Shown here one piece after another: positions 9,692 through 19,780 of a DNA stretch of 64,000 nt. The stretch is taken from NCBI GenBank assembly GCA_963796055.1, contig CAWCKH010000004.1:2016001-2080000 (forward strand). The letters run 5' to 3'. The notes under the pieces were generated by a model. The model did no database searches, was not told the DNA's origin, and was given only the letters and a program-made list of their open reading frames with translations. Every line of letters starts with the position of its first letter. The stretch's first letter is position 1. The DNA comes from an uncultured delta proteobacterium (lineage in GTDB: Bacteria > Myxococcota > Myxococcia > Myxococcales > Myxococcaceae). The position numbers and the translations under genes were made by a program.

Positions 9692-11157
9692 GCGACGACC
9701 GCAGGACGCTGGATCCGCCGGACTGGGAAGAGGCCCGCTCGGTGGGTCACCGGATGGTCGACGCCTTCGTGGACGGTCTGCGGGAGGTGCGCCAGGCGCG
9801 GGCGTGGACGCCGGTGCCGCCCGAGGTGGAGGAGCGCTTCCGGGCCCCGCCGCCGCGCGAGGGCCTGGGGATCGACGCGGTGTGGGCGGAGCTGCAGCGC
9901 TCGGTGCTCCCGTACCGGCTGGGAAACGTGCATCCGCGGTTCTGGGCCCGGGTGATGGGCACCGGAACGGCCACCGGCGCGCTGGCGGGGCTCGCCGGGG
10001 CGGCGATGAACAACAACCTCTCCGGCCTGGAGAGCTCGGCGGTGCACGTCGAGGCGCAGGTCGTCGACTGGCTGAAGGAGCTGATGGGCTTTCCGCCGTC
10101 GGCGAGTGGACTGCTGACCAGCGGCTGCAGCCTGGCGAACCTCATCGGGCTACAAGTGGCCCGCGACGTCGGCGGCGGGGAGGCGGTGAAGGCCGAGGGG
10201 CTCCAGTCCGTGCCCGGGCGCCTGGTCGGGTACGCGTCCGAGGAGGCGCACAGCTCGGTGGCGCGGGCCTTCACCGTGCTGGGGCTGGGGAACGCTTCGC
10301 TCCGGCGCATCGCGGTGGACGCCGGATTCCGGATGGACCTGGAGGCGCTGGAGCGGGCCATCGACGCGGATCTCCGGGCGGGGCACCGGCCCTTCTGCGT
10401 GGTGGGCAGCGCGGGGACGGTGAACACCGGCGCCACCGACCCGCTCCAGCCGCTGGCCGAGCTGGCACGCGCGCGGGGGCTGGTGTTCCACGTCGACGCG
10501 GCGTTCGGGGCATGGGCGAAGCTGTCACCTCGGCTCGCGGCCCAGATGCGCGGGCTGGAGCGCGCGGACTCGATCGCCTTCGACCTGCACAAGTGGGGCG
10601 GGGTGCCGTACGGCGTGGGCTGCGTGCTGGTGCGGGATGCCGAGGCGCACCGGCGGACCTTCCAGGCCTCGGCGGCCTACCTGACGCCGCATCCGCGGGG
10701 CGTCTCGGCGGTGGAGTACGCCGGTCACGAGCTGGGACCCGAGCTGAGCCGGCCCTTCCGGGCGCTGGGGCCGTGGATGGCCTTCCAGGAGCATGGTCTC
10801 GACCGGCTGCGGGCGGTGGTGGAGAAGAACGTCGAGCAGGCGGCGGGGGTGGCGGCGCGGGTCCTCCGCGAGCCTGAGCTGGAGCTGACCGCGCCCGTGC
10901 CGCTGAACGTGGTGACGTTCCGCTACCGCGGGCTGGGGCTGGGACTGTCCGAGGCGCAGCTCGACGCGCTCAACACCGAGGTGGTGATGCGCATCCAGGA
11001 ATCGGGCGTCGCGGTGCCCTCGACGACGCGGCTGCAGGGTCGGACGGTGATCCGGCTGGCCATCGTGAACCATCGGAGCCTGGACGACGATTTCGACCTG
11101 CTGGTGGATGCGGTGCTCGAGGCCGGACGGGCGGTGGCGGCGGAGCTCCGGCCGTAG
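9688..11157 (+). CDS. group II PLP-dependent (aromatic-L-amino-acid-like) decarboxylase
   Basis: HPRFW, SEEAHSSV, AGTVNTGATD, FHVDAAFG, DSIAFDLHKW (PLP Lys); GTG overlaps upstream TGA. Confidence 0.92.
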   Translation: MSDDRRTLDPPDWEEARSVGHRMVDAFVDGLREVRQARAWTPVPPEVEERFRAPPPREGLGIDAVWAELQRSVLPYRLGNVHPRFWARVMGTGTATGALAGLAGAAMNNNLSGLESSAVHVEAQVVDWLKELMGFPPSASGLLTSGCSLANLIGLQVARDVGGGEAVKAEGLQSVPGRLVGYASEEAHSSVARAFTVLGLGNASLRRIAVDAGFRMDLEALERAIDADLRAGHRPFCVVGSAGTVNTGATDPLQPLAELARARGLVFHVDAAFGAWAKLSPRLAAQMRGLERADSIAFDLHKWGGVPYGVGCVLVRDAEAHRRTFQASAAYLTPHPRGVSAVEYAGHELGPELSRPFRALGPWMAFQEHGLDRLRAVVEKNVEQAAGVAARVLREPELELTAPVPLNVVTFRYRGLGLGLSEAQLDALNTEVVMRIQESGVAVPSTTRLQGRTVIRLAIVNHRSLDDDFDLLVDAVLEAGRAVAAELRP

Positions 11158-11187
11158 TCTCGCATTCGTCCGCGCCACGGCGCCTCG

Positions 11188-12087
11188 CTACCCGTACGCC
11201 TCGCGCTTGATCCGCGCCGGCGTGAAGCCGACCGCCTGCAGGTTCGCCACCGTCGACTCCAGGAAGCGGGGCGTGGGCGCGGTGCCCTCCTCGAGGGCCT
11301 TCTTCCGGTCCCACGAGGCGATGGCCGGGCCACAGAGGTAGGCGATGGCGGTGCCGGTGTCCGGGACGAGCTCGCGGAGCATCGGCGCCGTCACCCGGCC
11401 CTGGCGCACGTCGCCGGGAAGGCCAGAGATGTCGCTCTGCCGGGTGAGCGTGTGGACCAGCGTCAGCCGCTCGGGGAACTCGGCGGCGAGCCGCTGGAGC
11501 CCTTCGCGAAAGATGATGTCCTTCCAGGTCTTGTTGGTGTCGATGAAGGTGTGCCGGAGGCTGGGGTGGCTCCGGAGCGCGTCCTTCACGATGCTGTAGT
11601 TGGGAACCACCCCGGAGCCGGCCACTAGGTGGACGATGTGATCGGTGCGCTGCTCGATGTCCGGCGGCAAGGTGTAGGGGCCGGTGAAGCCGACCACCGG
11701 GAACCGGGTGCCCACCGGCGTGCCGTGGACCAGCAGTGGCGAGAGCAGCGGGGCGTGGAGGTCTCCCGACCGATACGGTTCCTCCTTGATGGTGATGGCC
11801 AGCGGCTCGTGGGGCGCCGAGGCCATCGAGTAGGCCCGGACCAGCTCCTTCTTGCCGCCCTTGAGGTGCTCGACGTAGGCCACCTGACCGGCGATGACCG
11901 CGAAGAAATGTGGGTCGATGGTGAGGAACTGCCCGGCGCGGTAGGGAGGAATCTCGGGTCCATCGAGGACCAGGGTCACGGTGTCCGCGGTCTCGCGGAT
12001 GACCTCGGTGACCACGACCTCGAAGGTCCTGGGCTTGATGCGTTCGGGCGGCACGGGTGGATGTTCGCATAACGGAGCGGGCGCCAA
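11188..12087 (-). CDS. FAD/NAD(P)-binding ferredoxin-reductase-like oxidoreductase
   Basis: YRAGQFLT, RAYSMAS, AGSGVVP, YLCGP, terminal EAYG; no 2Fe-2S domain; real start may be GTG near 12054. Confidence 0.88.
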   Translation of the reverse strand: MAPAPLCEHPPVPPERIKPRTFEVVVTEVIRETADTVTLVLDGPEIPPYRAGQFLTIDPHFFAVIAGQVAYVEHLKGGKKELVRAYSMASAPHEPLAITIKEEPYRSGDLHAPLLSPLLVHGTPVGTRFPVVGFTGPYTLPPDIEQRTDHIVHLVAGSGVVPNYSIVKDALRSHPSLRHTFIDTNKTWKDIIFREGLQRLAAEFPERLTLVHTLTRQSDISGLPGDVRQGRVTAPMLRELVPDTGTAIAYLCGPAIASWDRKKALEEGTAPTPRFLESTVANLQAVGFTPARIKREAYG

Positions 12088-13226
12088 TGGGCCAGCCGGG
12101 TGACGTGGAGCGGGTGTTCGTCCAGTGCCTGCCCGGGCTCGAGGAGGTGCTGGCCTCGGAGGCGGCCTCGCTGGGGCGGGTCCGACCCGTCGTCGGCGGG
12201 CTGGAGCTGGAGGGAGCGCCGGGGGTCCACGCCGATGCGGTCCTCGTCCTCCGGGTTGCCGAGCGCGTCCTGCTCCGGTTGCTGGAGTTTCGCGCCCGGC
12301 GCTGGGAGGCGGTCGAGGCAGCGCTCCGGGCGGCGGTCCTCGATGACGTCGTCGAAGCGGGGGGGCCGGTCGTCCTGGAGACGTCGATCCGGATGGCCGG
12401 GGCGCCGGCGCCGGGGGGACTCGCGCGGCTCCTCGCCCGGCTGTGGCATCGGCCGGTGGAGCAGGACCGCGGTGGCGACCGCGCGGGAGAGGCGACCCGG
12501 CTGGTGCTCCGGGTGGCGGAGGGGACTGCGTCGCTCTCCGCGGACGTGGGTGGCGCGCCGCTCCACCGTCGCGGGTGGCGCCAGGAGCTGTCGCGGGCCC
12601 CCTTGCGTGAGACGCTCGCCGCGGGTGTGCTGGCGCTGTCGGGGCACGCGCCGGAGCGTGCGCTGTGGGACCCGGTCTGCGGGTCCGGCACGCTGATCAT
12701 CGAGGGGGCGCTCGTCGGCCGTTCGGTGGCTCCGGGGCTCGGCCGGAGCTTCACCGCGGAGGCCTGGCCGTCCGCGGCGCGCGCGGACTGGGCGCTGCGG
12801 CGGGAACGGCTTCGCGCGTCGGTGCGGTCGCACGCGCCGGCACCCATCGTCGGAAGTGATCTGAATGCAGGCGCGCTGGGGACGGCGCGACGCAATGCGC
12901 GGCGTGCCGGCGTGCTGGACGACCTCCGTCTCGAGCGGCTCGACGTGGCTCGGGCTACACCGGGGCCGCTCCTGCCGGGGCTGATGGTCGGGAATCTTCC
13001 GTATGGGCTGCGGGTGGGTGCCCGCGAGGGGCTCGAGGCCTTCGATGCAGGGCTGGGGAGGACACTCACCGGCCCGTTCCGGGCCTGGCGCCGGGGGCTG
13101 CTCGTGGACGACCCAGCCCGCCTCGTGCGCGCCGGTGGCCGACCGCCCGACCGCGTTCACCGCCTGGTCAACGGCGGTATCCCCGTCGTTCTCGGGACGT
13201 GGGAGCCGGACGGCAGAGGTGTTTGA
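12087..13226 (+). CDS. THUMP-domain RNA methyltransferase (RlmL/YpsC-like)
   Basis: LHRRGWR, APLRETLAAG, WDPVCGSGT, GSD, NLPYG motifs. Confidence 0.85.
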   Translation: MGQPGDVERVFVQCLPGLEEVLASEAASLGRVRPVVGGLELEGAPGVHADAVLVLRVAERVLLRLLEFRARRWEAVEAALRAAVLDDVVEAGGPVVLETSIRMAGAPAPGGLARLLARLWHRPVEQDRGGDRAGEATRLVLRVAEGTASLSADVGGAPLHRRGWRQELSRAPLRETLAAGVLALSGHAPERALWDPVCGSGTLIIEGALVGRSVAPGLGRSFTAEAWPSAARADWALRRERLRASVRSHAPAPIVGSDLNAGALGTARRNARRAGVLDDLRLERLDVARATPGPLLPGLMVGNLPYGLRVGAREGLEAFDAGLGRTLTGPFRAWRRGLLVDDPARLVRAGGRPPDRVHRLVNGGIPVVLGTWEPDGRGV

Positions 13227-13258
13227 CACCTCGGCCGACACCTCGGCCGGGCACCTCG
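13216..13258. repeat. REP-like palindrome copy 2 (13216-13232) followed by two half-sites
   Basis: GAGGTGT-TTG-ACACCTC then GACACCTCGG and GCACCTCGG; between convergent genes; contains the TGA of the methyltransferase. Confidence 0.85.
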
Positions 13259-13300
13259 GTTCGGACGGAGGGTCCAGGCTCGCGGACGGGGGGCGCTGGA

Positions 13301-15730
13301 TCAGTCGAGAGCGGAGGCGGGCGCGGGCACGCCGCCCGCCCCCGCGCGCCACGGACTCCAGGCGAGGAGCAGGTTGCCGACCGCGATGTCCGACTTGCGC
13401 GGCGGGATGGTGAACTCCACCACCGCCAGGGCATCGGACGCCGCCGCCGCCTGGAGCTTCTCCGTCTCCTCCTGGAACTCCGCCTCGGCATCGGCGAGCT
13501 GCTTCCTCGCCGTCTCCAGTTGCTGCGTCGCCGTGCCCACGTCCTGACGCTCCTTCACCGTGCGGCTCCCGCTCCGGAGCGCCGTCCGTGCCCGGTTGAG
13601 GGTGGTCACGCTGACGGCCTTGCGGCCGAGAAAGGCGCCGAGCAAGGTCGTGCCGACCGTCACCACGGTGTCCAGCGTCTGGCCCGAGGCCTGGGCCTGC
13701 TGGTCCGCCAGCGTCTTCTGCGCCCGTTGCACGGCGGTCTGGAGCGTCTGCAGCTTGGGGGCCCAGCGTTTGCGGAGGGAGTCGACGTCCGCGTCGCGTT
13801 GCTCCCGGCCGGAGTGGACCAGGCGAGCCTTGAACACGGCCAGCGATTCGCCCGGCGTCGACACCTCGTCCAGCGCGTCGCACCGGAACAGCTTCAGCGG
13901 TCGAGACTGGTAGAGCGCGGCGGCGAGCGACCTCTTCCACTCCGACCAGGCGCCCGCATTGGTGACCGCGGCCGGAGCCTCCTCGAACGTGGCTCCGTCG
14001 GAGGGCGCGCTTCCCACCCGCGAACCGGCGTCTCCGGGAAGCTCCTGCGCCTCCTCCCACCGGACCTGGGTTCCGTCGACCGGAGCGAGCAGCGCCACGG
14101 ACTCCCAGGCGTCCACCGCGGACTTCTTGTCCACGTAGTGCAGCCGCGCCTGGCCGAGGACTGCCGGCCGATAGCTCAACGCGCCCGAGCCGGGGGCGGC
14201 CGGGAGGAACGCCTCGGACACCCCGGGGGGAAGCACGGGCCTGCGTGCGCCGCCGCTCACTCCGGCTCGTCCTGGTTTCTCCGGAGCGGTCGCCGGGGCT
14301 TCGGCCGTCGCCGTGTTGCCCCGCTGTCCCGCGAGCATCTTGATCTGCTCCTTGTCGAGCGGACCTCGGAGGTACGAGAGCGTCCAGCGCGTCTGGAACA
14401 GCTCGGGCACGTCCTCGTGCACGTCGTTCAGCAGGAACACCCGTGAGCCGAGCTCGGAGAGTAGCCGATCCATTTCCTGCCGATTGAAGGCGTGGCTCGC
14501 CGCGTCCATCGCGCCCTGGAGGCCGTCCAGAACCCGCAGCTTGTCTCGCTCGGTCTGCAGCCGCCCGATGAACCAGGTCCCAGCGTTGGCCAGACCCTTG
14601 TAGTCGAGGTCCACGGGGTTCTGCGTGGCGAGCAGCACGCCCAGCCCGAACGCTCGCGCCTGCTTGAGGAGGGTGAGCATCGGCAGCTTGGAGGGCGGCG
14701 CGGCGCTCGGCGGGAAGTAGCCGAAGATCTCGTCCATGTAGAGCAGAGCCCGGAGCGAGCTGGTGCCAGACTGGGTGCGCATCCACGCCAGCACCTCGCT
14801 CAGGAGCGTGGTGACGAAGAACATCCGCTGCGCGTCCGAGAGGTGGGCGATGGAGAGCACCGCGATGCGCGGTTTGCCGGTCGGCGTCCAGAGCAGCTTC
14901 TGGATGTCGAGCGGCTCCCCGTCGGCCCAGGCAGCGGCCCCCGGCGAGGCGAGCACGTTGTTCAGTGCCAGGGCGAGCCCGGCGCGGTCCTTGGCCGGGT
15001 AGAACGACTCGAGGTCGAGCACGCCCACCTTGTCGAAGGGAGGCCGCTGGACGCCCTGGATGAGCCCCGCGAGGTCCAGGTCATGTCCAGCGGACCATGC
15101 CCGCTGCACCAGCTGGGAGAGGAGGATGTGCTCACGGCCCTGCATCGGGTCCGAGTCGATGCCTGCCAGCGCCAGCAGGCCGGAGACTGCTCCCTGGACC
15201 CGGGCCCGGAGCGCCTCGTCGTCCTCGAGCACCACCTGGGGTGGTGCAGTGAACGCCCGCAGGAGCGCGAGTGGTCGACCCGCCCTGCTCGCCGGGGTGT
15301 AGATGGCGACCTCGCAGGACTCGCGGAAGCGGGCGATGCGCGCGCCGTCCTGCTCCCAGTCCCCGAGACCTTGCTTCCAGGTGGCAGCGGTCTTCTCCGC
15401 GAGCTGCTGGGGAGACAGGCCCTGCTTGGTGGCCTCGTCCGGGTCCACCCAGGGGAGGAAGTCCGCCGGCGCCAGCGAGGGGAAGGTCAGGGCCAGGTTC
15501 GCCAGGTCCCCCTTCGGATCGATGGCCAGGGCGGGGATGCCATCGATGGCGGCTTCCTCGAGAAGGCCAATGCAGAGGCCGGTCTTGCCGCTACCGGTCA
15601 TCCCGACGCAGACCCCATGGGTGGTCAGGTCCCTGGCGTCGTAGAGCAGGAGCTCGCGTTGCGTCTTCCGGGTCTTCGGATCCCAGCGTCGCCCCAGGTA
15701 GAAGACCCCCAGCTTCTCGTAATCCTGCAT
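13301..15730 (-). CDS. HerA/FtsK-superfamily P-loop ATPase (DUF87-like) with C-terminal coiled coil
   Basis: Walker A GMTGSGKT, AIDPKGD, Walker B LLYMDE, QARAFGLGVLLATQNPVDLDYK. Confidence 0.85.
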   Translation of the reverse strand: MQDYEKLGVFYLGRRWDPKTRKTQRELLLYDARDLTTHGVCVGMTGSGKTGLCIGLLEEAAIDGIPALAIDPKGDLANLALTFPSLAPADFLPWVDPDEATKQGLSPQQLAEKTAATWKQGLGDWEQDGARIARFRESCEVAIYTPASRAGRPLALLRAFTAPPQVVLEDDEALRARVQGAVSGLLALAGIDSDPMQGREHILLSQLVQRAWSAGHDLDLAGLIQGVQRPPFDKVGVLDLESFYPAKDRAGLALALNNVLASPGAAAWADGEPLDIQKLLWTPTGKPRIAVLSIAHLSDAQRMFFVTTLLSEVLAWMRTQSGTSSLRALLYMDEIFGYFPPSAAPPSKLPMLTLLKQARAFGLGVLLATQNPVDLDYKGLANAGTWFIGRLQTERDKLRVLDGLQGAMDAASHAFNRQEMDRLLSELGSRVFLLNDVHEDVPELFQTRWTLSYLRGPLDKEQIKMLAGQRGNTATAEAPATAPEKPGRAGVSGGARRPVLPPGVSEAFLPAAPGSGALSYRPAVLGQARLHYVDKKSAVDAWESVALLAPVDGTQVRWEEAQELPGDAGSRVGSAPSDGATFEEAPAAVTNAGAWSEWKRSLAAALYQSRPLKLFRCDALDEVSTPGESLAVFKARLVHSGREQRDADVDSLRKRWAPKLQTLQTAVQRAQKTLADQQAQASGQTLDTVVTVGTTLLGAFLGRKAVSVTTLNRARTALRSGSRTVKERQDVGTATQQLETARKQLADAEAEFQEETEKLQAAAASDALAVVEFTIPPRKSDIAVGNLLLAWSPWRAGAGGVPAPASALD

Positions 15731-15804
15731 CGGACCTCCTCGGTGTCGACAGCGGGCGCACTCCAGTGCAGGCCCGGGGGTCGGAGCAATGGTAAGGAGC
15801 GGCC

Positions 15805-17211
15805 ATGGCCACCGAACAAGCGCTGAAGCACTTTGCCAGCCACCGCGACGCCTACCTCGACGATCTCAGGAAGCTGGTCCGTATCCCCTCGGTGTCGTTT
15901 CCGGGGTTCGACCCGGGAAAGGTCCGGGCGAGCGCCGAGGCCACGGCCAGCCTGCTGCGCGAGCGTGGCTTCGCGAACGTCAAGCTGCTCGAGGTGGAGG
16001 GTGCGCACCCGTACGTCTTCGGCGAGATCCTCGAGGCTCCAGGCAAGCCGACGCTGCTGCTCTACGCCCACCACGACGTTCAGCCGGCGGGCGACGAGGA
16101 GGCGTGGGCCAGCCCGCCCTTCGAGCCGACCGAGCGAAAGGGCCCACCCGACGACAGCCGGCGGCTCTACGGGCGCGGCGCGGCGGACGACAAGGCGGGC
16201 ATCGTGGTCCACACCTCCGCGGTGGAATCGTGGCGGAAGGGCGGGGGCGGACTGCCGCTCAACGTGAAGATCGTCGTGGAGGGAGAGGAGGAGGTCGGGT
16301 CGGGACACCTCACCGCCTTTCTGAAGAAGAACGCGAAGCTGCTCAAGGCGGACGCCATCGTCCTCACCGACACGAGCAACTTCGAGACCGGGCTGCCCTC
16401 CATCACCACTGCACTCCGCGGCATCGTGGTGGTCAGCGTCGAGGTCCGAGCGCTGAAGCAGTCGGTGCACTCGGGAATGTGGGGCGGCCCGGTGCCGGAC
16501 CCGGTGATGGGGTTGTGCCGGATGCTGGCCTCGCTCACCAACCCCGATGGCTCGATCGCCATCCCCGGCATCCTGGAGCAGGTGAAGCCTCTGACCGAGA
16601 GCGAGCGGAAGAGCATTGCCGCGCTTCCCGGTGACGAGGCGCACTTCCGCAAGCAGGTGGGCCTGTTGCCCGGGGTGGAGCTGCTCGGGCACGGGATGCA
16701 CCCCTGGGAGATGAACTGGCGACATCCGTCCATCGCCATCAACGCTTTTCAGGCCAGCAGCCGGAAGGATGCTCGAAACATCATCTGCGACTCGGCCTGG
16801 GCGCGGCTCGGGGTGCGGCTCGTGCCCAACCTCGACCCGAAGGACGTTCAGAAGCGCCTCACGGAGGCGCTGAAGAAGGTTGCGCCTTGGGGACTCGAGG
16901 TCGAGGTGCACGCCGACGATGCCGCCGGCTGGTGGTACACCGACTCGAGCCATCCGGCGTTCCAGGCGGCATTCCGGGCGCTGAAGAAGGGCTACGGGGC
17001 CGACCCGGTCACGATCGGTTGTGGGGGCAGCATTCCCTTTGTCGAGCCGTTCGCCCGCGAGCTGGGCGGCGTGCCGGCGCTGCTCATCGGCGTGGAGGAC
17101 CCCTACACCAACGCCCATTCCGAGAATGAGAGCTTGCACCTCGGGGACTGGGAAAAGGCCGTGAGGAGCGCCATCCATCTCTACGACGAGATCGGCGGCG
17201 CCCTGTCGTAG
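15805..17211 (+). CDS. M20 family metallopeptidase (Cys-Gly dipeptidase/ArgE-DapE-like)
   Basis: [55 protein letters not shown]. Confidence 0.93.
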   Translation: MATEQALKHFASHRDAYLDDLRKLVRIPSVSFPGFDPGKVRASAEATASLLRERGFANVKLLEVEGAHPYVFGEILEAPGKPTLLLYAHHDVQPAGDEEAWASPPFEPTERKGPPDDSRRLYGRGAADDKAGIVVHTSAVESWRKGGGGLPLNVKIVVEGEEEVGSGHLTAFLKKNAKLLKADAIVLTDTSNFETGLPSITTALRGIVVVSVEVRALKQSVHSGMWGGPVPDPVMGLCRMLASLTNPDGSIAIPGILEQVKPLTESERKSIAALPGDEAHFRKQVGLLPGVELLGHGMHPWEMNWRHPSIAINAFQASSRKDARNIICDSAWARLGVRLVPNLDPKDVQKRLTEALKKVAPWGLEVEVHADDAAGWWYTDSSHPAFQAAFRALKKGYGADPVTIGCGGSIPFVEPFARELGGVPALLIGVEDPYTNAHSENESLHLGDWEKAVRSAIHLYDEIGGALS

Positions 17212-17227
17212 GGGTGTCAAACACCTC
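17211..17227. repeat. REP-like palindrome copy 3, just upstream of the RAYT gene
   Basis: GGGGTGT-CAA-ACACCTC (1 mismatch). Confidence 0.85.
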
Positions 17228-17266
17228 TGTCCGCTGCCCCGGGGCCCGCGTTGGCGCGATCCCTGC

Positions 17267-17295
17267 TTGAGCCCTCCAGAAAGAGGGGGGTTCAA
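17267..17295 (+). promoter_or_regulatory. hairpin covering the RAYT ribosome-binding site
   Basis: TTGAGCCCTCC-AGAAAGA-GGGGGGTTCAA: 11-bp stem with 2 G-U pairs, ending 2 nt before the TTG start. Confidence 0.45.
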
Positions 17296-17297
17296 CA

Positions 17298-18218
17298 TTG
17301 GGCTGGCCAATTCGAATGTTCGTTCCGGGGGATGTCTATCTCGCCACCCTACGCTGCCTTCACGGCCGCTACCTGCTCCGTCCGTCGGAGCAGACGAACG
17401 AAGTCCTAGGCGGTGTACTGGCAAGGGCGGCCCGGCTGACCGGGGTCGAGGTCTTCGCCTTCGCGTTCGCCTCCAACCATGTGCACCTTCTGGTTCGAGC
17501 TCCTCGCGGGAACCTTCCTCGCTTCATGCAGCACCTGTCGGCCAACATCTCGAAGAAGGTCGGTTTCCTCACGGGCTGGCGCGGGCCCTTCTGGGAGCGA
17601 AGGTACTCGGCGCAGCCGGTTCTGGACGAAGCGGCGCTCCTCGACCGGCTCCGGTATGTCCTGGCGCACGGCCCGAAGGAGGGACTCGTCCGGAAATGTT
17701 CGGAATGGCCAGGGCTGAGCTGTCTCAAACCCTTGCTCGATCGCAAGCCCCGGAAGTTCCGCTGGTACGACTGGACCCGTCGGTCGAGTAGTCGCGACCT
17801 CAGGAAGAAGTCCCGATTCGACGATTGCTGGGCCGAGCCCGAGGAACTGGTGCTCACGCCTCTACCGATCGCCGCGCTACGCACCCGAGGCGCAGTCGGA
17901 CGCTTCCTCCGGCGAACGACGGACTCCATCGAGAGGGAGGCAGCTGGCATGTACCAGCGTGTGCTCGGCGTGGACGGAGTATTGCGGCAGGACCCACAGC
18001 ACAGGCCCGCTCGTCTAGAGCGCAAACCGCGTCCGCTCTGCCACACGACGATTCCGGCACTTCGGGAGGAGTTTCGAGAACGCTATCGCGGCTTCGTCGC
18101 TGCATTCCGCGAGGCTTCCCGGCGCTGGAAGGCAGGCGACTTCCACGCGCAGTTCCCCGAGCGAGCTTTCCGCCCTTTCATTTGGCCCACGTCGCCCCCC
18201 GTCGAACTCGCAGCCTGA
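17298..18218 (+). mobile_element. REP-associated tyrosine transposase (RAYT; IS200-like HUH Y1 family)
   Basis: HUH motif NHVHLL, FWERRY, catalytic-Tyr helix RYVLAHGPKEGLV..WPGLS; no tnpB; visibly lower GC3 than neighbours; REP palindromes on both sides. Confidence 0.85.
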
Positions 18219-18223
18219 GGGGG

Positions 18224-19345
18224 TCAACCCGAGTGCGAATGGATGGGCCCGCGGCGTAGCCGCAAGCTCTGTGCGTCGGTTCCGTTGAAGCGGGCCTGGA
18301 TCTCCGAGAGGATCGAGAGCGCGATCTCCTCCGGTTGCTCGGCTCCGAGGTTTAGCCCTACCGGGCTGTAGACAGTCGCTCGTTGCTCATCGGTTGGCGA
18401 GAAGCCGCCTTCGCGCAGCTCGTCGAGGAGCCGCTCCGTTCGTGCGCGCGGACCGAGCACGCCCACATAGGAGCAGCCGGATTCGAGCGCAAATCGCAAG
18501 TATCCTCGGTCGTGCCCGAGGTTGTGCGTCATCACTACGATGGCGGAACCAGGCTCGAGTGCGAGCTTCTCGGCGATCGCGGCAGGACCGGCCGTGAGCT
18601 GGACGTTGGCCTCGCGGAAGAGCTCCGCCGGAACACCGGCAGAGGTGTTTGACACCACCGTGACGTGGAAGCCGACTGTCGCGGCCAGCCGAACCAGCGG
18701 AACCGCGTCCTGGCCCGTGCCGAACACCACCAGGGACCGGGGTGGCCGGATGACCTCCAGCAGCACCTCGACCGCCCCCTCCTCGGTTTCGATCCGGCCG
18801 ACCCGGGTCGTTCCCGCGCCGAGCGCCGCCTCCGCCGCTGCCAGAATCCGATCGCGCGCCGGGCCGGCCGGCAGATCGGACCGGGTCCACCCTGCATCCT
18901 TCAGCACTCGCTGCCCCACACGGGCCCCCGCCTCGTCGCGGAACACCGTCGCCATCACCCCCGTCCGGCGCGCGGCGAGACATCCCGCGATGAACTCGAT
19001 CGGGTGAATCTCGCCTCCCGTGGTGAGCCGCTCCAGAAGCACCTCCACCCGTCCGTTGCACCCCAGACCGAACGTCCAGGTGTCCTCGTCGTCCGCCGAC
19101 GTCGAGTCGTAGGTGACGACCACCGGCCCCTCACGGGTACGCCACCACGCCTTCTGCAGCACGTCGCGCTCCAGACAGCCCCCGCTGATCCCGCCCGCGA
19201 CCCAGCGCTCGGCCGAAAGGAGCAGCCGCGCCCCTGGCCGTCGGTAGGTCGAGCCACTGGTCGCGACCACCGTGGCCAGCACGACCGGCTGCCCGCCCCC
19301 CCGGAACTCGCTCCAGCCCCGCACGATGTCCTGCAGCTCTCTCAC
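18224..19345 (-). CDS. XdhC/CoxF/CoxI family molybdoenzyme maturation protein
   Basis: LATVVATSGSTYRRPGAR, ISGGCLE, GLGCNG, VMTHNLGHD, YVGVLGPRAR, SPVGLNLGAEQPEEIALSILSEI; GTG start. Confidence 0.92.
   Translation of the reverse strand: MRELQDIVRGWSEFRGGGQPVVLATVVATSGSTYRRPGARLLLSAERWVAGGISGGCLERDVLQKAWWRTREGPVVVTYDSTSADDEDTWTFGLGCNGRVEVLLERLTTGGEIHPIEFIAGCLAARRTGVMATVFRDEAGARVGQRVLKDAGWTRSDLPAGPARDRILAAAEAALGAGTTRVGRIETEEGAVEVLLEVIRPPRSLVVFGTGQDAVPLVRLAATVGFHVTVVSNTSAGVPAELFREANVQLTAGPAAIAEKLALEPGSAIVVMTHNLGHDRGYLRFALESGCSYVGVLGPRARTERLLDELREGGFSPTDEQRATVYSPVGLNLGAEQPEEIALSILSEIQARFNGTDAQSLRLRRGPIHSHSG
18642..18658. repeat. REP-like palindrome copy 4, inside the xdhC-like CDS
   Basis: CGGC-A-GAGGTGT-TTG-ACACCAC, 16/17 match; encodes VVSNTSA on the minus strand. 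Confidence 0.65.
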
Positions 19346-19778
19346 GTCCCGGCCGCCCCCAGCGCCAGCCAGCCGCCCCATCCCAGAAGGCCCACGCCGC
19401 AGAACCGCCCCAGCATCACCGCCGCGGACGGCGGAGCGACCCGCTCGAGGACCAGAAACCCGGTGAGCAGGACCATCGCCACCACGTTCATCGCTCCGAC
19501 CACCAGAAGTGTCAGCATCAGCGCTCCGCAGGACAGCGCCGAGACCACCCCGTGCCGGAGCCCGGCGCGAACCGGGTGGACCGCACCCGCCCCGACCTCC
19601 CGGGACGGGCTCCGGCAAGGCTCCAGGCAGACCCTCTTCCAGGGCGAAAGTTGCACCAGCGCGGCGGCCGCCAGGTGCAACGCCAGGCCCATCCGAGCCC
19701 GGTCGGCCCGGCGAGACCCACCAGGAGCGCCCAGGCCGGACGCCACCCGGAGGGTGCGATGGGGCAGAGGGCGGTCAT
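19342..19778 (-). pseudogene. DUF2182-like putative metal-binding membrane protein, shortened and frameshifted near 19690
   Basis: QLSPWKRVCLEPCRSP and GLRHGVVSALSCGALMLTLLVVGAMN motifs; ATG at 19778 directly after coxL stop is in a different frame. Confidence 0.6.
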
Positions 19779-19780
19779 CC

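Noticed and set aside
17298..18218. IS200/IS605 element with TnpB or omega RNA
   Set aside because: No tnpB/iscB ORF and only 5 bp to the next gene; C-terminal extension and flanking REPs fit a RAYT
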